Of a stretch of DNA of 64,000 nucleotides, positions 46,420 to 55,871 are shown piece after piece. The position numbers and the translations under genes were made by a program. The notes under the pieces were generated by a model. That model ran no database searches, was not told the DNA's origin, and saw only the letters and a list, made by a program, of their open reading frames with translations. The DNA is from a candidate division WOR-1 bacterium RIFOXYB2_FULL_42_35. Its GTDB lineage: Bacteria > Margulisbacteria > WOR-1 > O2-12-FULL-45-9. The stretch lies in the NCBI GenBank assembly GCA_001771545.1, contig MEUC01000005.1:2379-66378 (forward strand), written 5' to 3'. Every line of letters starts with the position of its first letter. Positions within the stretch are counted from its first letter, which is position 1.

Positions 46420-47511
46420 TTAACCTACAACTCTCCTCTTCGTTTTATGACAAAAAACCACCAGGCTAACAATTAACAAGGGAATCATTGAAAACAAGAA
46501 AGTTAATTGCTTGTTTGGCAAAGGGAATAGCCCGTAAGTGTTATGGAAACTGGCAAAAAAAACAGAAACAAAGATAAGTAATAATATGGTTTTATGAGGA
46601 TAAACATATTCTTCAATGATTTCAGTAATAAGCCAGTAGAAAACGATAAACGTCGGAGCCATAAGTCTTTCATAATTACTACCAAACAACGTGGAAACAA
46701 TAACTAGCGAAAGATAAACTAAAAGATACCGATGCTCCTTAAAAAAAGACACTGTTTTATTTAGAAAAATGAGAGGAAGAAGGCTGAGCGGAATAAAAGC
46801 ATTAATAAAAGATCTAAACCAGGCTTCAGGCAAAGAAAACTTACCTCCATGACGCAAAAAAGCCTGGAACAAATTTAACCCTCCCACAGGATTAATGAAC
46901 AACCTAAGCAGTAAAAAAACTAATATTCCCGGGGTAACAGCTAAGACTATTTTCTTGGATTCTGATCTTAACTTCTTTTTCTCTAGCAAAAAAAAGAAGC
47001 TTACTGGCACCATAATCATAACAGTTTCTCTAGTTAAGGCCCCAATAAACAAGACAAAGGCAAACACTCCCCAGCGACACCCCAACATTGCCCAAAACAA
47101 CACTATAATAAAAATTAACGAAAGGGTATCATTTATTTGAAAATAGTTCCAAGCTAAATAACCAAATAAATACTTATTCAAAACAAATAGGCTAACAACA
47201 AAAAAAGCAATAAAGCCTTGTCGGGCAGAAACATATAAAAGAAAAAAATAGCAACTGATAGCCAGGACAACTAAGGAAAGAAAAGCAAAAACATAAAAAC
47301 CCAAAGGGGTTGCTACGGGGAACAAACCAACAATATATGGACCTAACATTCTATAAGCAAAAGGTTGCTGTACCTCCGCCGCTATGCCAGGAGCTGCCAA
47401 AGCAATCTTTTGGTAGTCAGCCAAATCCCACGCAGAGAAAGGCTCAGAGGCAAAAGGGATCTTCCCATATAAAATTATCATCAAGACAGTTATAACAACC
47501 AAGAGAATCAA
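46420..47511 (-). CDS. Polytopic membrane protein (possibly GT-C-like modification enzyme)
   Basis: Many hydrophobic segments; PFAYR, RE motif. Confidence 0.55.
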   Translation of the reverse strand: MILLVVITVLMIILYGKIPFASEPFSAWDLADYQKIALAAPGIAAEVQQPFAYRMLGPYIVGLFPVATPLGFYVFAFLSLVVLAISCYFFLLYVSARQGFIAFFVVSLFVLNKYLFGYLAWNYFQINDTLSLIFIIVLFWAMLGCRWGVFAFVLFIGALTRETVMIMVPVSFFFLLEKKKLRSESKKIVLAVTPGILVFLLLRLFINPVGGLNLFQAFLRHGGKFSLPEAWFRSFINAFIPLSLLPLIFLNKTVSFFKEHRYLLVYLSLVIVSTLFGSNYERLMAPTFIVFYWLITEIIEEYVYPHKTILLLIFVSVFFASFHNTYGLFPLPNKQLTFLFSMIPLLIVSLVVFCHKTKRRVVG

Positions 47512-47575
47512 ATGTTTTTTATTAATGCTAATTTTAGATCCCTTTCAGTAATTTCATATACTCAACAGCAACAGC

Positions 47576-48751
47576 TTAGTTGCGATAACAAATCAGAAAA
47601 TTATTATTAATCGCCTGCCAATTAAATTGTTCTTCAATAACTTTCCGACCATTTGCACCAAGCACTGCTCTTAAGTCTTTATCATTAACTAATAATCTTA
47701 ATTTTCCCGTTAGCTCCTCTTTTTTAGTCTCGTCGTAAATTAGACCATTATTAAAAGAAAGCCTCTCCTTAACCGCAGGAATATTTGAGCCAATCACAGG
47801 TAAATTGCAAGCCATAGCATCAAGCATGGAAACAGAACACTCTTTGGGCCAGACACCAACATCGGCCGCACAATAATATTGCGGTAAATCCTTATTAAGG
47901 ATAGCATCAAGCCAAAGTATTTTACTACTAACTCCTTGGATCTCAATCCGACTTCTCATTTGTTGAACATATTCTCCCTGCCCGCCACCAAGAAATAAGA
48001 GAAAAATATTTTCATTCTCAGACATTAAGGAACAAACAGCCTCCAACAAAACGTGTGGCCCCTTGTTGGGAATTAATTTGCCCACATAAATTATTAAGAT
48101 ATCCCTATCTTTTAACCCCAAAAATCCTCGACACAATTGTCTTTGCCGCGGGTTAAAACGAAACAATTCATGATCAACTCCCAAGGGAATCACTTTGATT
48201 TTATTTAAAGGAAAGCCATAACTCACATGCATAAACTCCTTGGTTGATTCAGTCACACCAATTAGACAATCAGCTTGTTGCTCAATGAGTTTTAAAAAAG
48301 TGCCCCTGAATAAGGGGTATAAATATTTTAGGGGATTACGGCTAGCACAAGCAACCATATGGTCATCATAAAGAAGTCTAAATTGTGTTTTTCCTTTTTT
48401 TAGGCAAGCTACTCTTATAGCTGTAAAAGTTACAATACCATGAACATGAATTACATCAGGATTGAACTCTCTAATTTTCGTTTCTAAACCTTGCAACCAA
48501 ACCCGTCCATTAATCTCAAAGAGGGTTTTTAACCTATGCACCTGTATCCCGTCAAAATCAAACGAGCCTGTTTCCTGCAATCTTTTTCCCAATACGGCTA
48601 CAGAGGCCCTTCCTTTGAAAAGGATAGGGGCATACCGCTCCGAACAAATAACAGCGACTGCATGCCCTTGTTTTTTTTGCTCTTTAGCTAGAAAAGTTTC
48701 CTGATAGCCTAATTCAGGCTGAAAATAATCTATCACATGCAAAATTTTCAT
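47576..48751 (-). CDS. GT4 glycosyltransferase
   Basis: YFQPELGYQE, IPLGVD, GKLIPNKG, DAMACNLPVI. Confidence 0.88.
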   Translation of the reverse strand: MKILHVIDYFQPELGYQETFLAKEQKKQGHAVAVICSERYAPILFKGRASVAVLGKRLQETGSFDFDGIQVHRLKTLFEINGRVWLQGLETKIREFNPDVIHVHGIVTFTAIRVACLKKGKTQFRLLYDDHMVACASRNPLKYLYPLFRGTFLKLIEQQADCLIGVTESTKEFMHVSYGFPLNKIKVIPLGVDHELFRFNPRQRQLCRGFLGLKDRDILIIYVGKLIPNKGPHVLLEAVCSLMSENENIFLLFLGGGQGEYVQQMRSRIEIQGVSSKILWLDAILNKDLPQYYCAADVGVWPKECSVSMLDAMACNLPVIGSNIPAVKERLSFNNGLIYDETKKEELTGKLRLLVNDKDLRAVLGANGRKVIEEQFNWQAINNNFLICYRN

Positions 48752-48756
48752 TTAGA

Positions 48757-50196
48757 CTAGTGCTCCCCTTTCAGAACAAATCGAATGGCTGGCTTTTTTA
48801 CAGCAAACTTATCCGCATATAACAACCTCATAACAACTGTTAATCCAACAATTAAAAAGAGTTGTTTTTCGGTCAAGAGACTATCAAACAAGCTTTGAAA
48901 AAGAAAAACCACTAAAGCGATTTGAACAGCAATTGAGAAATTTCTTATTTTGATATCTCCGGCCACATTAGCAATATCCGCAACCCGTCTTAAATCAACA
49001 AAGCAACAGCCAATTAATAAGACATAAATAATGAGACCAAATAACCCTAATTCTGTTAATATCTGTACATACACATTATGAGGATCAAATTTATTACCAT
49101 TCGTATACTTGGCCACATGTTCACAAAAATTCCCCATTCCAACCCCTAAGGGATTCTCCAAAAAAACCGGCATAACACCATGGAAAATACTACTTCTAGC
49201 CAGAACAGAACCATCCCTGCCGCTAAATGCCATATTCATACGAGCCCAGAAACCAGCCCCAGCCAAAGCTCCAACACCAGAAAATAGTAACACAAATATT
49301 ATCGCTAATACTACCATTGATTTAGCAGAAAACCGCTCAAAAATAAAGACCGAAAGTATCACCCCAATGACCAAACCACCAAAGGCTGCCCTAGATAAAG
49401 AAAAAAGCGCTCCAAGTGCCACAATAATAAGAATAACTGAATAAGCGGTCTTCCATAAAAAGTTTCTAGAGTTATAAATTAGAGAAAAAATAAACGGGAT
49501 AAAAAAGGTCGCATATCCACCCCAAATCCCCACATTACGAACTAGTCCTCCCGCTCTAAGACGCGCATAGGGATTATTTATGTCGGGCAAAATCCCACTA
49601 GCTGTCATGAAGGTAGGATCAACAAGATACTGATAAAAAACCACCAAAGACATAATAAAACCAGACAAGACTATGGCAATAATGACCTGCTCCATAAAAA
49701 TCTTGTCGTTAACAACATTGACAAAACAAACAACGAATAAAGACATGGCAAAAATGGTAAAAAGCAATTGGGTGCTATTTTTAATATTAACAGCAAACAA
49801 GAGACTGGTCAGCATAGCAATGGTAACCAAAGCAAACAATAAGATTAATTCAGGAAAATAAAGTTTGATCTTTTTATTAGTCAAGAGTAGTTTTATAAGC
49901 CAAACAAACAAAAACACAAAGCCAAATATTTTAAAAGGTGTGGTACTATATACTTTGGACAACGACTTCAAACCCGGCAAAACCTGAATTGGTAACAGAA
50001 GCATCAAAAACAAAAAGAACCACCTGGATCTATTATAAAACAACAGAAAAAATATACCCCCAATAATTAACAGAGCCAACAACAAGAAGGAAAAAGAAGC
50101 GAACAGGGTTGGGGAGCACAGAATCAATACCCAAAAAACAATAAACAAGCTGATCAGCAATGGCTCATTTTTAAACAACCAATTAAGTCTTGTCAT
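48757..50196 (-). CDS. O-antigen ligase / Wzy polymerase family protein
   Basis: Multi-TM; RAGG, SLSRAA, GVGMGNF, PHNVYVQILTELG. Confidence 0.85.
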   Translation of the reverse strand: MTRLNWLFKNEPLLISLFIVFWVLILCSPTLFASFSFLLLALLIIGGIFFLLFYNRSRWFFLFLMLLLPIQVLPGLKSLSKVYSTTPFKIFGFVFLFVWLIKLLLTNKKIKLYFPELILLFALVTIAMLTSLLFAVNIKNSTQLLFTIFAMSLFVVCFVNVVNDKIFMEQVIIAIVLSGFIMSLVVFYQYLVDPTFMTASGILPDINNPYARLRAGGLVRNVGIWGGYATFFIPFIFSLIYNSRNFLWKTAYSVILIIVALGALFSLSRAAFGGLVIGVILSVFIFERFSAKSMVVLAIIFVLLFSGVGALAGAGFWARMNMAFSGRDGSVLARSSIFHGVMPVFLENPLGVGMGNFCEHVAKYTNGNKFDPHNVYVQILTELGLFGLIIYVLLIGCCFVDLRRVADIANVAGDIKIRNFSIAVQIALVVFLFQSLFDSLLTEKQLFLIVGLTVVMRLLYADKFAVKKPAIRFVLKGEH

Positions 50197-50197
50197 A

Positions 50198-51343
50198 TTA
50201 ATTAACCAGCCCCTGATAAACCACTAGTAGTTTCTCAAAGTTTTGATTCCAATCAATCCTCTCCTCTGCAATCAGTAAATTTTTCTGTCTCATTTTTTCC
50301 ATCAATGGCTTATCTCTTAAGAGTCGCCCTATTTTTTCGGCCAAGACAACAGGATTTTTTTGGGAGGAAAAATAACCATTTATACCATCTTCAATCCAAT
50401 CGTGATAAGCAGGAACATCACTAACAACTACTGGTAACCCACAAGACATTGCTTCTAAGAGAGATAGAGAAGTTCCATCACTCAACGAACTGCTAACATA
50501 AATATCAGCACACTGATAATATAAAGGAAGGTCTTTATTATCAACACGCCCAAGAAAACTAATTTGCTCAAAGACTCCCAATTGCTTCGCTAATTGCTGC
50601 ATCGAATCAAACAAACTCCCTCCACCTATAAGAACAGTCCGAATGGGCTGCCCTATCTCTATTTTTGAGGCCAAAGCTCTAACAAAAAACTCAACCCCAT
50701 AAACTGGCTCAAAATGCCTGGTCATAACTAAAACTTTATCTTGGCTAAATCCCAGTTTTTCTTTGAGCCGCTGTTTTTCCTCCATACTCACAGGAAAAAA
50801 CTGCTGACGGTCTATGCCTAATTGAGGAAAAACAATTGTTTTACCAAAACATTTTGGGCAAATATTAATGACCCTATTTTTCACTTCTTCACAATCAGAA
50901 TATACCATTGAGGCCTGACTCAAGACAAATTTTGTTAAATAAAACCAGAATTTACTCTTTTTAGGTTCAAGTAAAATATCCGACCCCCAAGTCATTATTA
51001 ACAAAGGTTTAGCCCCAGCCAAAACAGCATACAAGCTATCCGTTTGAACCCAACCGGAGTGAACAACATCTGGCTTGATCTGGCTAATTTTCTGTCTTAA
51101 ATAATTCGCCCGGCGAAAAACTTCCAACACTATTGGCAAACGCTTGCCACGAGAAAAGTCTTTATAATGGTGAATTAACAAACATGGCAGTGAGATGATT
51201 TCCTGAAACATGTATTTGGAATTGGTTTCAGCCAGTGGATTAAGAAATGAAATCAAATGGATCTCGTTTTTTGATGAACTTAACTTGGTTAAAAACCTAT
51301 AGTCATGAATACCAAAGGTTGAAGTAACATAGAAAATTTTCAT
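50198..51343 (-). CDS. GT4 glycosyltransferase
   Basis: WGSDI, SSSLSDGTSLSLLEAMSCG; start at MKIFYV. Confidence 0.88.
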   Translation of the reverse strand: MKIFYVTSTFGIHDYRFLTKLSSSKNEIHLISFLNPLAETNSKYMFQEIISLPCLLIHHYKDFSRGKRLPIVLEVFRRANYLRQKISQIKPDVVHSGWVQTDSLYAVLAGAKPLLIMTWGSDILLEPKKSKFWFYLTKFVLSQASMVYSDCEEVKNRVINICPKCFGKTIVFPQLGIDRQQFFPVSMEEKQRLKEKLGFSQDKVLVMTRHFEPVYGVEFFVRALASKIEIGQPIRTVLIGGGSLFDSMQQLAKQLGVFEQISFLGRVDNKDLPLYYQCADIYVSSSLSDGTSLSLLEAMSCGLPVVVSDVPAYHDWIEDGINGYFSSQKNPVVLAEKIGRLLRDKPLMEKMRQKNLLIAEERIDWNQNFEKLLVVYQGLVN

Positions 51344-52200
51344 CTTGACTTCCCTAACCACTCACAATATTTCCTTATCCCTTCATCCAAGCCAACCTGC
51401 GGTAGCCAATTAAGCTCCTGAAAAGCCAAATCAAGCCCCTTAATCTCTCCACTATAATCGTCATTTCTGGGAGTATCAGCAAGAAACTTAATAACTGGTT
51501 CTGACTTAAAAATCTTCTTTATTAGCTCAGCCAGTTCCTTAATTGCAACAGAAGACTTCCCGGCAAGGACATAAGTCTTGTTTTCAGCCACTGATTGCAA
51601 TGCCGCGACACTGCCAAAGGCCAAATCCTCAACATAAATAAAATTTCTCCTTTGCTGCCCGGAGCCATGGATAATTAATTCTTCTCCTTTTAAGGCTTTA
51701 GCCACAAAGAGGGAAATCACATCTGCCTGCCTGCTCCTGGGACCATAGACTGTGCCATAGCGCAAAATAGTATATGGCAACCCATACAACAGAGAAAAAT
51801 TCTTACATAACATTTCAGCGGCTAGCTTAGAAGTTGTGTAAAGGTGACCCTTTTCATCATGCACATAAACACTACTAGCAAAAATAAAACGCCTTATCCC
51901 GTTCTTTCTGGCGGCATCCAAGAGATAAGTGGTTCCTAAAACATTTAATCTTATTACCTCTACCGGATTAGCCTTAGCCAAATCTATATTAGAAAATCCA
52001 CCAATATGATAAATAACTTCTATGCCCTGCAAAGTTTTTTCAACAACAGCTTGATCCACAAAACTCCCTTGAACAAATTCTAGATCATTCCGCTGAGGGG
52101 GTTTAACATCTAAAATTCGAACATCATGACCAGCTACAACTAATTTATCAACTACCTGGCTGCCAATAAAACCACTGCCACCAGTAACTAAAATCTTCAT
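51340..52200 (-). CDS. NAD-dependent epimerase/dehydratase
   Basis: VTGGSGFIG, YTTSK, RYGTVYGP, RNFIYVED. Confidence 0.9.
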   Translation of the reverse strand: MKILVTGGSGFIGSQVVDKLVVAGHDVRILDVKPPQRNDLEFVQGSFVDQAVVEKTLQGIEVIYHIGGFSNIDLAKANPVEVIRLNVLGTTYLLDAARKNGIRRFIFASSVYVHDEKGHLYTTSKLAAEMLCKNFSLLYGLPYTILRYGTVYGPRSRQADVISLFVAKALKGEELIIHGSGQQRRNFIYVEDLAFGSVAALQSVAENKTYVLAGKSSVAIKELAELIKKIFKSEPVIKFLADTPRNDDYSGEIKGLDLAFQELNWLPQVGLDEGIRKYCEWLGKSR

Positions 52201-53333
52201 GAAAGAACCTTCTTTAACGAATCAGCAATATAATCAAGTTCATCATCTTTTAAGCTAGGATATAAGGGCAAACAAATTTGCCTGGAGCAAACATAATCTG
52301 CATTAGGAAAAAGATCACCTTCAGCATTAACCATAGTATCAGGATAACGCTGAAAAACTGGCTGTGAATGGCAAGCATCAGAATAAACTTCCCCAGGCAA
52401 AGCCACTCCAAATTTTTCTCTCATGGTTCTTTTCACCACAGCTCTATCAAACTTATCATCCAAGTAAAGGATATATTTGTAATAAGCACACTGCATCTCT
52501 TTAGGGAAAGGCAATAATTTAATACCCTTTAAATTAGCTAGTTTTTTATCATACAATTTGGCCAACCTGCGACGTTCCGCTATAATATAATCAACCTTAC
52601 GCATTTGCTGTAAGCCCAAGAGGGCATGAATCTCAGAAAAACGCCAATTATAACCAAATTCAGTATGGACATTAACATTATGGTCAGGTTTGCCATGTTC
52701 ACGCAGGGTTAAGGCCATCTTATAGATATTCTCATCATTAGTGGTTATCATCCCCCCTTCAGCAGTTGTTAATATTTTAGTTGGATAAAAAGAAAAAGAT
52801 CCTCCAATACTTAAGGCTCCTGCCTTAACACCATTGAGCGAACTACCATGGGCATGGGCTGCATCTTCAATTAAAAATAAGCCCATGTCTTTACAGATTT
52901 TTTCAATCTCTTGATAATGAGAAGAAATAATCCCGCCAATATGCACAATAATTACGCCAGCAGTATCTGGTGCAATTTTTCTTTTTAAATCTTCTGGATC
53001 AATTGAGAGATCTTCTTTTGTCACATCAACAAAAGCAACTTTACCACCAGCATGAATTACAGAAATTGGTGTCGCCATAAAAGTAACCGTGGGAACAATA
53101 ACTGTTTTTCCCTTTACACCAAAGGATCGCAACATAATTTCCAGAGAGCTGGTTCCACTATTAACCGCTACCGCATATTTGGTACCAATATATTTTGCAA
53201 ATTCCGCTTCAAACTCCTCAACCTTTTTACCCATGGTCAAATAACCACTTTTAATAACGTCAAGAATCCCTTTTTGGATATAATCAATATCCTCATCAGA
53301 GTAATCAAGCCTTAAGAGGGGGATATTCTTCAT
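52197..53333 (-). CDS. DegT/DnrJ/EryC1/StrS sugar aminotransferase
   Basis: VNSGTSSL, IEDAAHAHG, SFYPTKILTTAEGG. Confidence 0.93.
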   Translation of the reverse strand: MKNIPLLRLDYSDEDIDYIQKGILDVIKSGYLTMGKKVEEFEAEFAKYIGTKYAVAVNSGTSSLEIMLRSFGVKGKTVIVPTVTFMATPISVIHAGGKVAFVDVTKEDLSIDPEDLKRKIAPDTAGVIIVHIGGIISSHYQEIEKICKDMGLFLIEDAAHAHGSSLNGVKAGALSIGGSFSFYPTKILTTAEGGMITTNDENIYKMALTLREHGKPDHNVNVHTEFGYNWRFSEIHALLGLQQMRKVDYIIAERRRLAKLYDKKLANLKGIKLLPFPKEMQCAYYKYILYLDDKFDRAVVKRTMREKFGVALPGEVYSDACHSQPVFQRYPDTMVNAEGDLFPNADYVCSRQICLPLYPSLKDDELDYIADSLKKVLS

Positions 53334-54697
53334 ATTCTTGCTCCTTTCGAAACTGTTTCATTTAATTTTAAAAACTCATCAACCACAGCAAGACTTAAAC
53401 CATCATTTAAAATCATATCTCCACTTTGGTGAAAGAAATACTCCCAATGTTCTTTGTCTAACTTGTCCTTAACTTCCTCGTATATTTCTGTCCCATAGTA
53501 CGGAGCCAGAACACTTAAACTGTAATAATCAGCCTGCAACTCTTTGGCAAACTCAATAGTTTCTCTTAAGTCCGCATCTGTTTCTCCTGGAAAACCGGCC
53601 ATAAGATAGACGGTTAAAGAAATCCCCGCCGCCTTAATCAATCTGGCTGCCCGCATCATTACTTCTTTAGTAGCATTTTTCTTAATTTGTTTAATGATTC
53701 TTTCGCTGCCAGATTCAACCCCAATTTTGGCACAAATACACCCAGCCCACTTCATTAATTTAACCAATTCTTCATCCAAGCAATCCGCCCGAGTATCACA
53801 TTTCCACTTGAAGTTATAACCCCGCTCAATGATTTGTCGGCAAATTTCCTTGGCACGGTCCTTTTTAAGGGTAAAGGTGTCATCAACAAAATAAATGATC
53901 GTTGTTGGATTATCCTTAAGGACCATTTCGATTTCTCTCAAAACACTTTCAACAGATCTAAATCTAGTTTTTCGTTTCCAGATAGCCGGACTAGCACAAA
54001 AAGTGCAACAAAACGGACATCCCCTACCAGTTAAAATATACCCCAGATCCAATTTCTTTAACCCCTGACCATTATTCCAAAAAAGATCTCTACTAGGCAA
54101 AGGAATAGAATCTAAATTCTCAATAAAAGGACGGTCTGGGTTATGAATAATTTTAGTTCCCTTTCTATAACTTAAACCCAAAATTGATTGGGTTTCTTTC
54201 CCGCTCAATAATTCTAGAAAATTTTCCTCCCCTTCCCCACGAATGGCCAAATCAAAATCTTGGCATTGCAATGTTCCTTCTGCATCTAAAGTTGGGTGTG
54301 GACCACCAACAATAACCAGGATTTTTTCGTTGACAGCTTTAATCATTCTAGCAATATTCTTAGAACTCTTAATTGCTGCCGTATAGACGGAAATTCCTAC
54401 AACGTCTGGAGAAAAAGCCTTAATAGCATCACTAACTTCCTCCCAAATGGGATGATTAAGATCATTAAGCGCTTCCTTATATGCCCCATAATGTTGAAAA
54501 ATTTCCCTTTGATTAAGATAAGAATCTGTATCCAAATAATCAGCATTATAAATCCTGACTTCGTGACCCTGCTGTTGTAACACCGCAGCAATATAAGACA
54601 AGCCAAGATTAAGCCCATTGAAATGACTGCCCATTAAACGGTAAAACGGCGGCGAAATAAGTAAAATTCTTTTTTTCTCTTTTATTTGATTATTCAT
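53330..54697 (-). CDS. Cobalamin-binding radical SAM protein
   Basis: LGLSYIAA, VGGPHPT, GEGE, RGCPFCCTFC, FVDDTF, GVESGS. Confidence 0.92.
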   Translation of the reverse strand: MNNQIKEKKRILLISPPFYRLMGSHFNGLNLGLSYIAAVLQQQGHEVRIYNADYLDTDSYLNQREIFQHYGAYKEALNDLNHPIWEEVSDAIKAFSPDVVGISVYTAAIKSSKNIARMIKAVNEKILVIVGGPHPTLDAEGTLQCQDFDLAIRGEGEENFLELLSGKETQSILGLSYRKGTKIIHNPDRPFIENLDSIPLPSRDLFWNNGQGLKKLDLGYILTGRGCPFCCTFCASPAIWKRKTRFRSVESVLREIEMVLKDNPTTIIYFVDDTFTLKKDRAKEICRQIIERGYNFKWKCDTRADCLDEELVKLMKWAGCICAKIGVESGSERIIKQIKKNATKEVMMRAARLIKAAGISLTVYLMAGFPGETDADLRETIEFAKELQADYYSLSVLAPYYGTEIYEEVKDKLDKEHWEYFFHQSGDMILNDGLSLAVVDEFLKLNETVSKGARI

Positions 54698-55871
54698 ACA
54701 ACTTTACTCCAAGAAGATCATTGTACACAAGCAAGTAACGTTCGGCAACACTGCTAATTGAGAATTTCTTTTCTATTTTCCGACGTGCTTGCCCACCCAT
54801 TTGAGAAGCCAACTTTTCATTAGATAAAAGTTTTGTTAGTGCTACTGTAAAAGCAGCACTATCCCCAGGGGGAATCAGGAACCCTTCCTGGCCAGAAGCA
54901 ACAATCGCTTCCGTAATCCCCTGGATATTAGAAACTACAACAGGCAAACCACAAGCCATTGCCTCAACTAAAGCATTGGGAAAACCTTCTCTTAAAGAAG
55001 CAAAGACAAAAACATCAGCAATTTTCAAAAAGTCTTCAACATTATCTGTTTTACCGATAAAAACAAGCCGCTTGTCCCCACCCCACTGATGAACTTTCTG
55101 CTTTATTTCGGTTAAATAATCCTCATCTTCAACAGGACCAACTAAAACCAAACTGACAGACTGATCATTTTGAGCCACCCGACTAAAAACATCGACCAGA
55201 AAATCAACCCCTTTTCTTTTGCAAATTGCCCCAACAAAAACAAGAATTTTACAATTCAAATCAAACCCCAATTGTTTTTTTGATTTTTGTTTCTGTTCTA
55301 AACTTTCAAGGGGACTAAATTTTTGAGTATCTACACCATTGGGAATTTGTGAATAAGCTTTTGAAGGCAACCCTGTTTTAAGGTAAGAATGTCTAAAAAC
55401 TTCACTTAAACCAATAATTCGATTTACCCAAGAAAGAACCCTTAAAAATATTTTGCCGCAGCGCCGCTGACTTAAAGAATAAGGATCATCATCTCCGAAT
55501 AAAGTTAATTTGACAACAATTTTCTTGCCAAATAATCTAGCTGCCAAAATCGCTGCATAGGTAAACGGGGTACAAGCTCCATGGATATGAACAATATCAT
55601 ATTGTCGCCTTTTTTGAAATAAAGCCACAAATATCTTTGGGGCAAAATCAAGGCCCTTATTGCAAGGCGAAGAGTTAACGGCCAAGCGATAAACCTTGAT
55701 ACCCTCAATGTCTTCTTCTTTCTGACAAGCACCAGCCTTAGTTGTGATGACAAAAACATTAACACCTTGCTTCTTCAATTCCTTGGCCAAAGACAAGGCT
55801 TGCTGCCCTGCTCCCGTAAAAAGGGGCGGAAAACTGCCTAAAACAAAACAAACATTTTGGTTATTTTTCAT
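54690..55871 (-). CDS. GT4 glycosyltransferase
   Basis: IPNGVD, RKGVD, EGFPNALVEAMACG. Confidence 0.92.
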   Translation of the reverse strand: MKNNQNVCFVLGSFPPLFTGAGQQALSLAKELKKQGVNVFVITTKAGACQKEEDIEGIKVYRLAVNSSPCNKGLDFAPKIFVALFQKRRQYDIVHIHGACTPFTYAAILAARLFGKKIVVKLTLFGDDDPYSLSQRRCGKIFLRVLSWVNRIIGLSEVFRHSYLKTGLPSKAYSQIPNGVDTQKFSPLESLEQKQKSKKQLGFDLNCKILVFVGAICKRKGVDFLVDVFSRVAQNDQSVSLVLVGPVEDEDYLTEIKQKVHQWGGDKRLVFIGKTDNVEDFLKIADVFVFASLREGFPNALVEAMACGLPVVVSNIQGITEAIVASGQEGFLIPPGDSAAFTVALTKLLSNEKLASQMGGQARRKIEKKFSISSVAERYLLVYNDLLGVKLYE

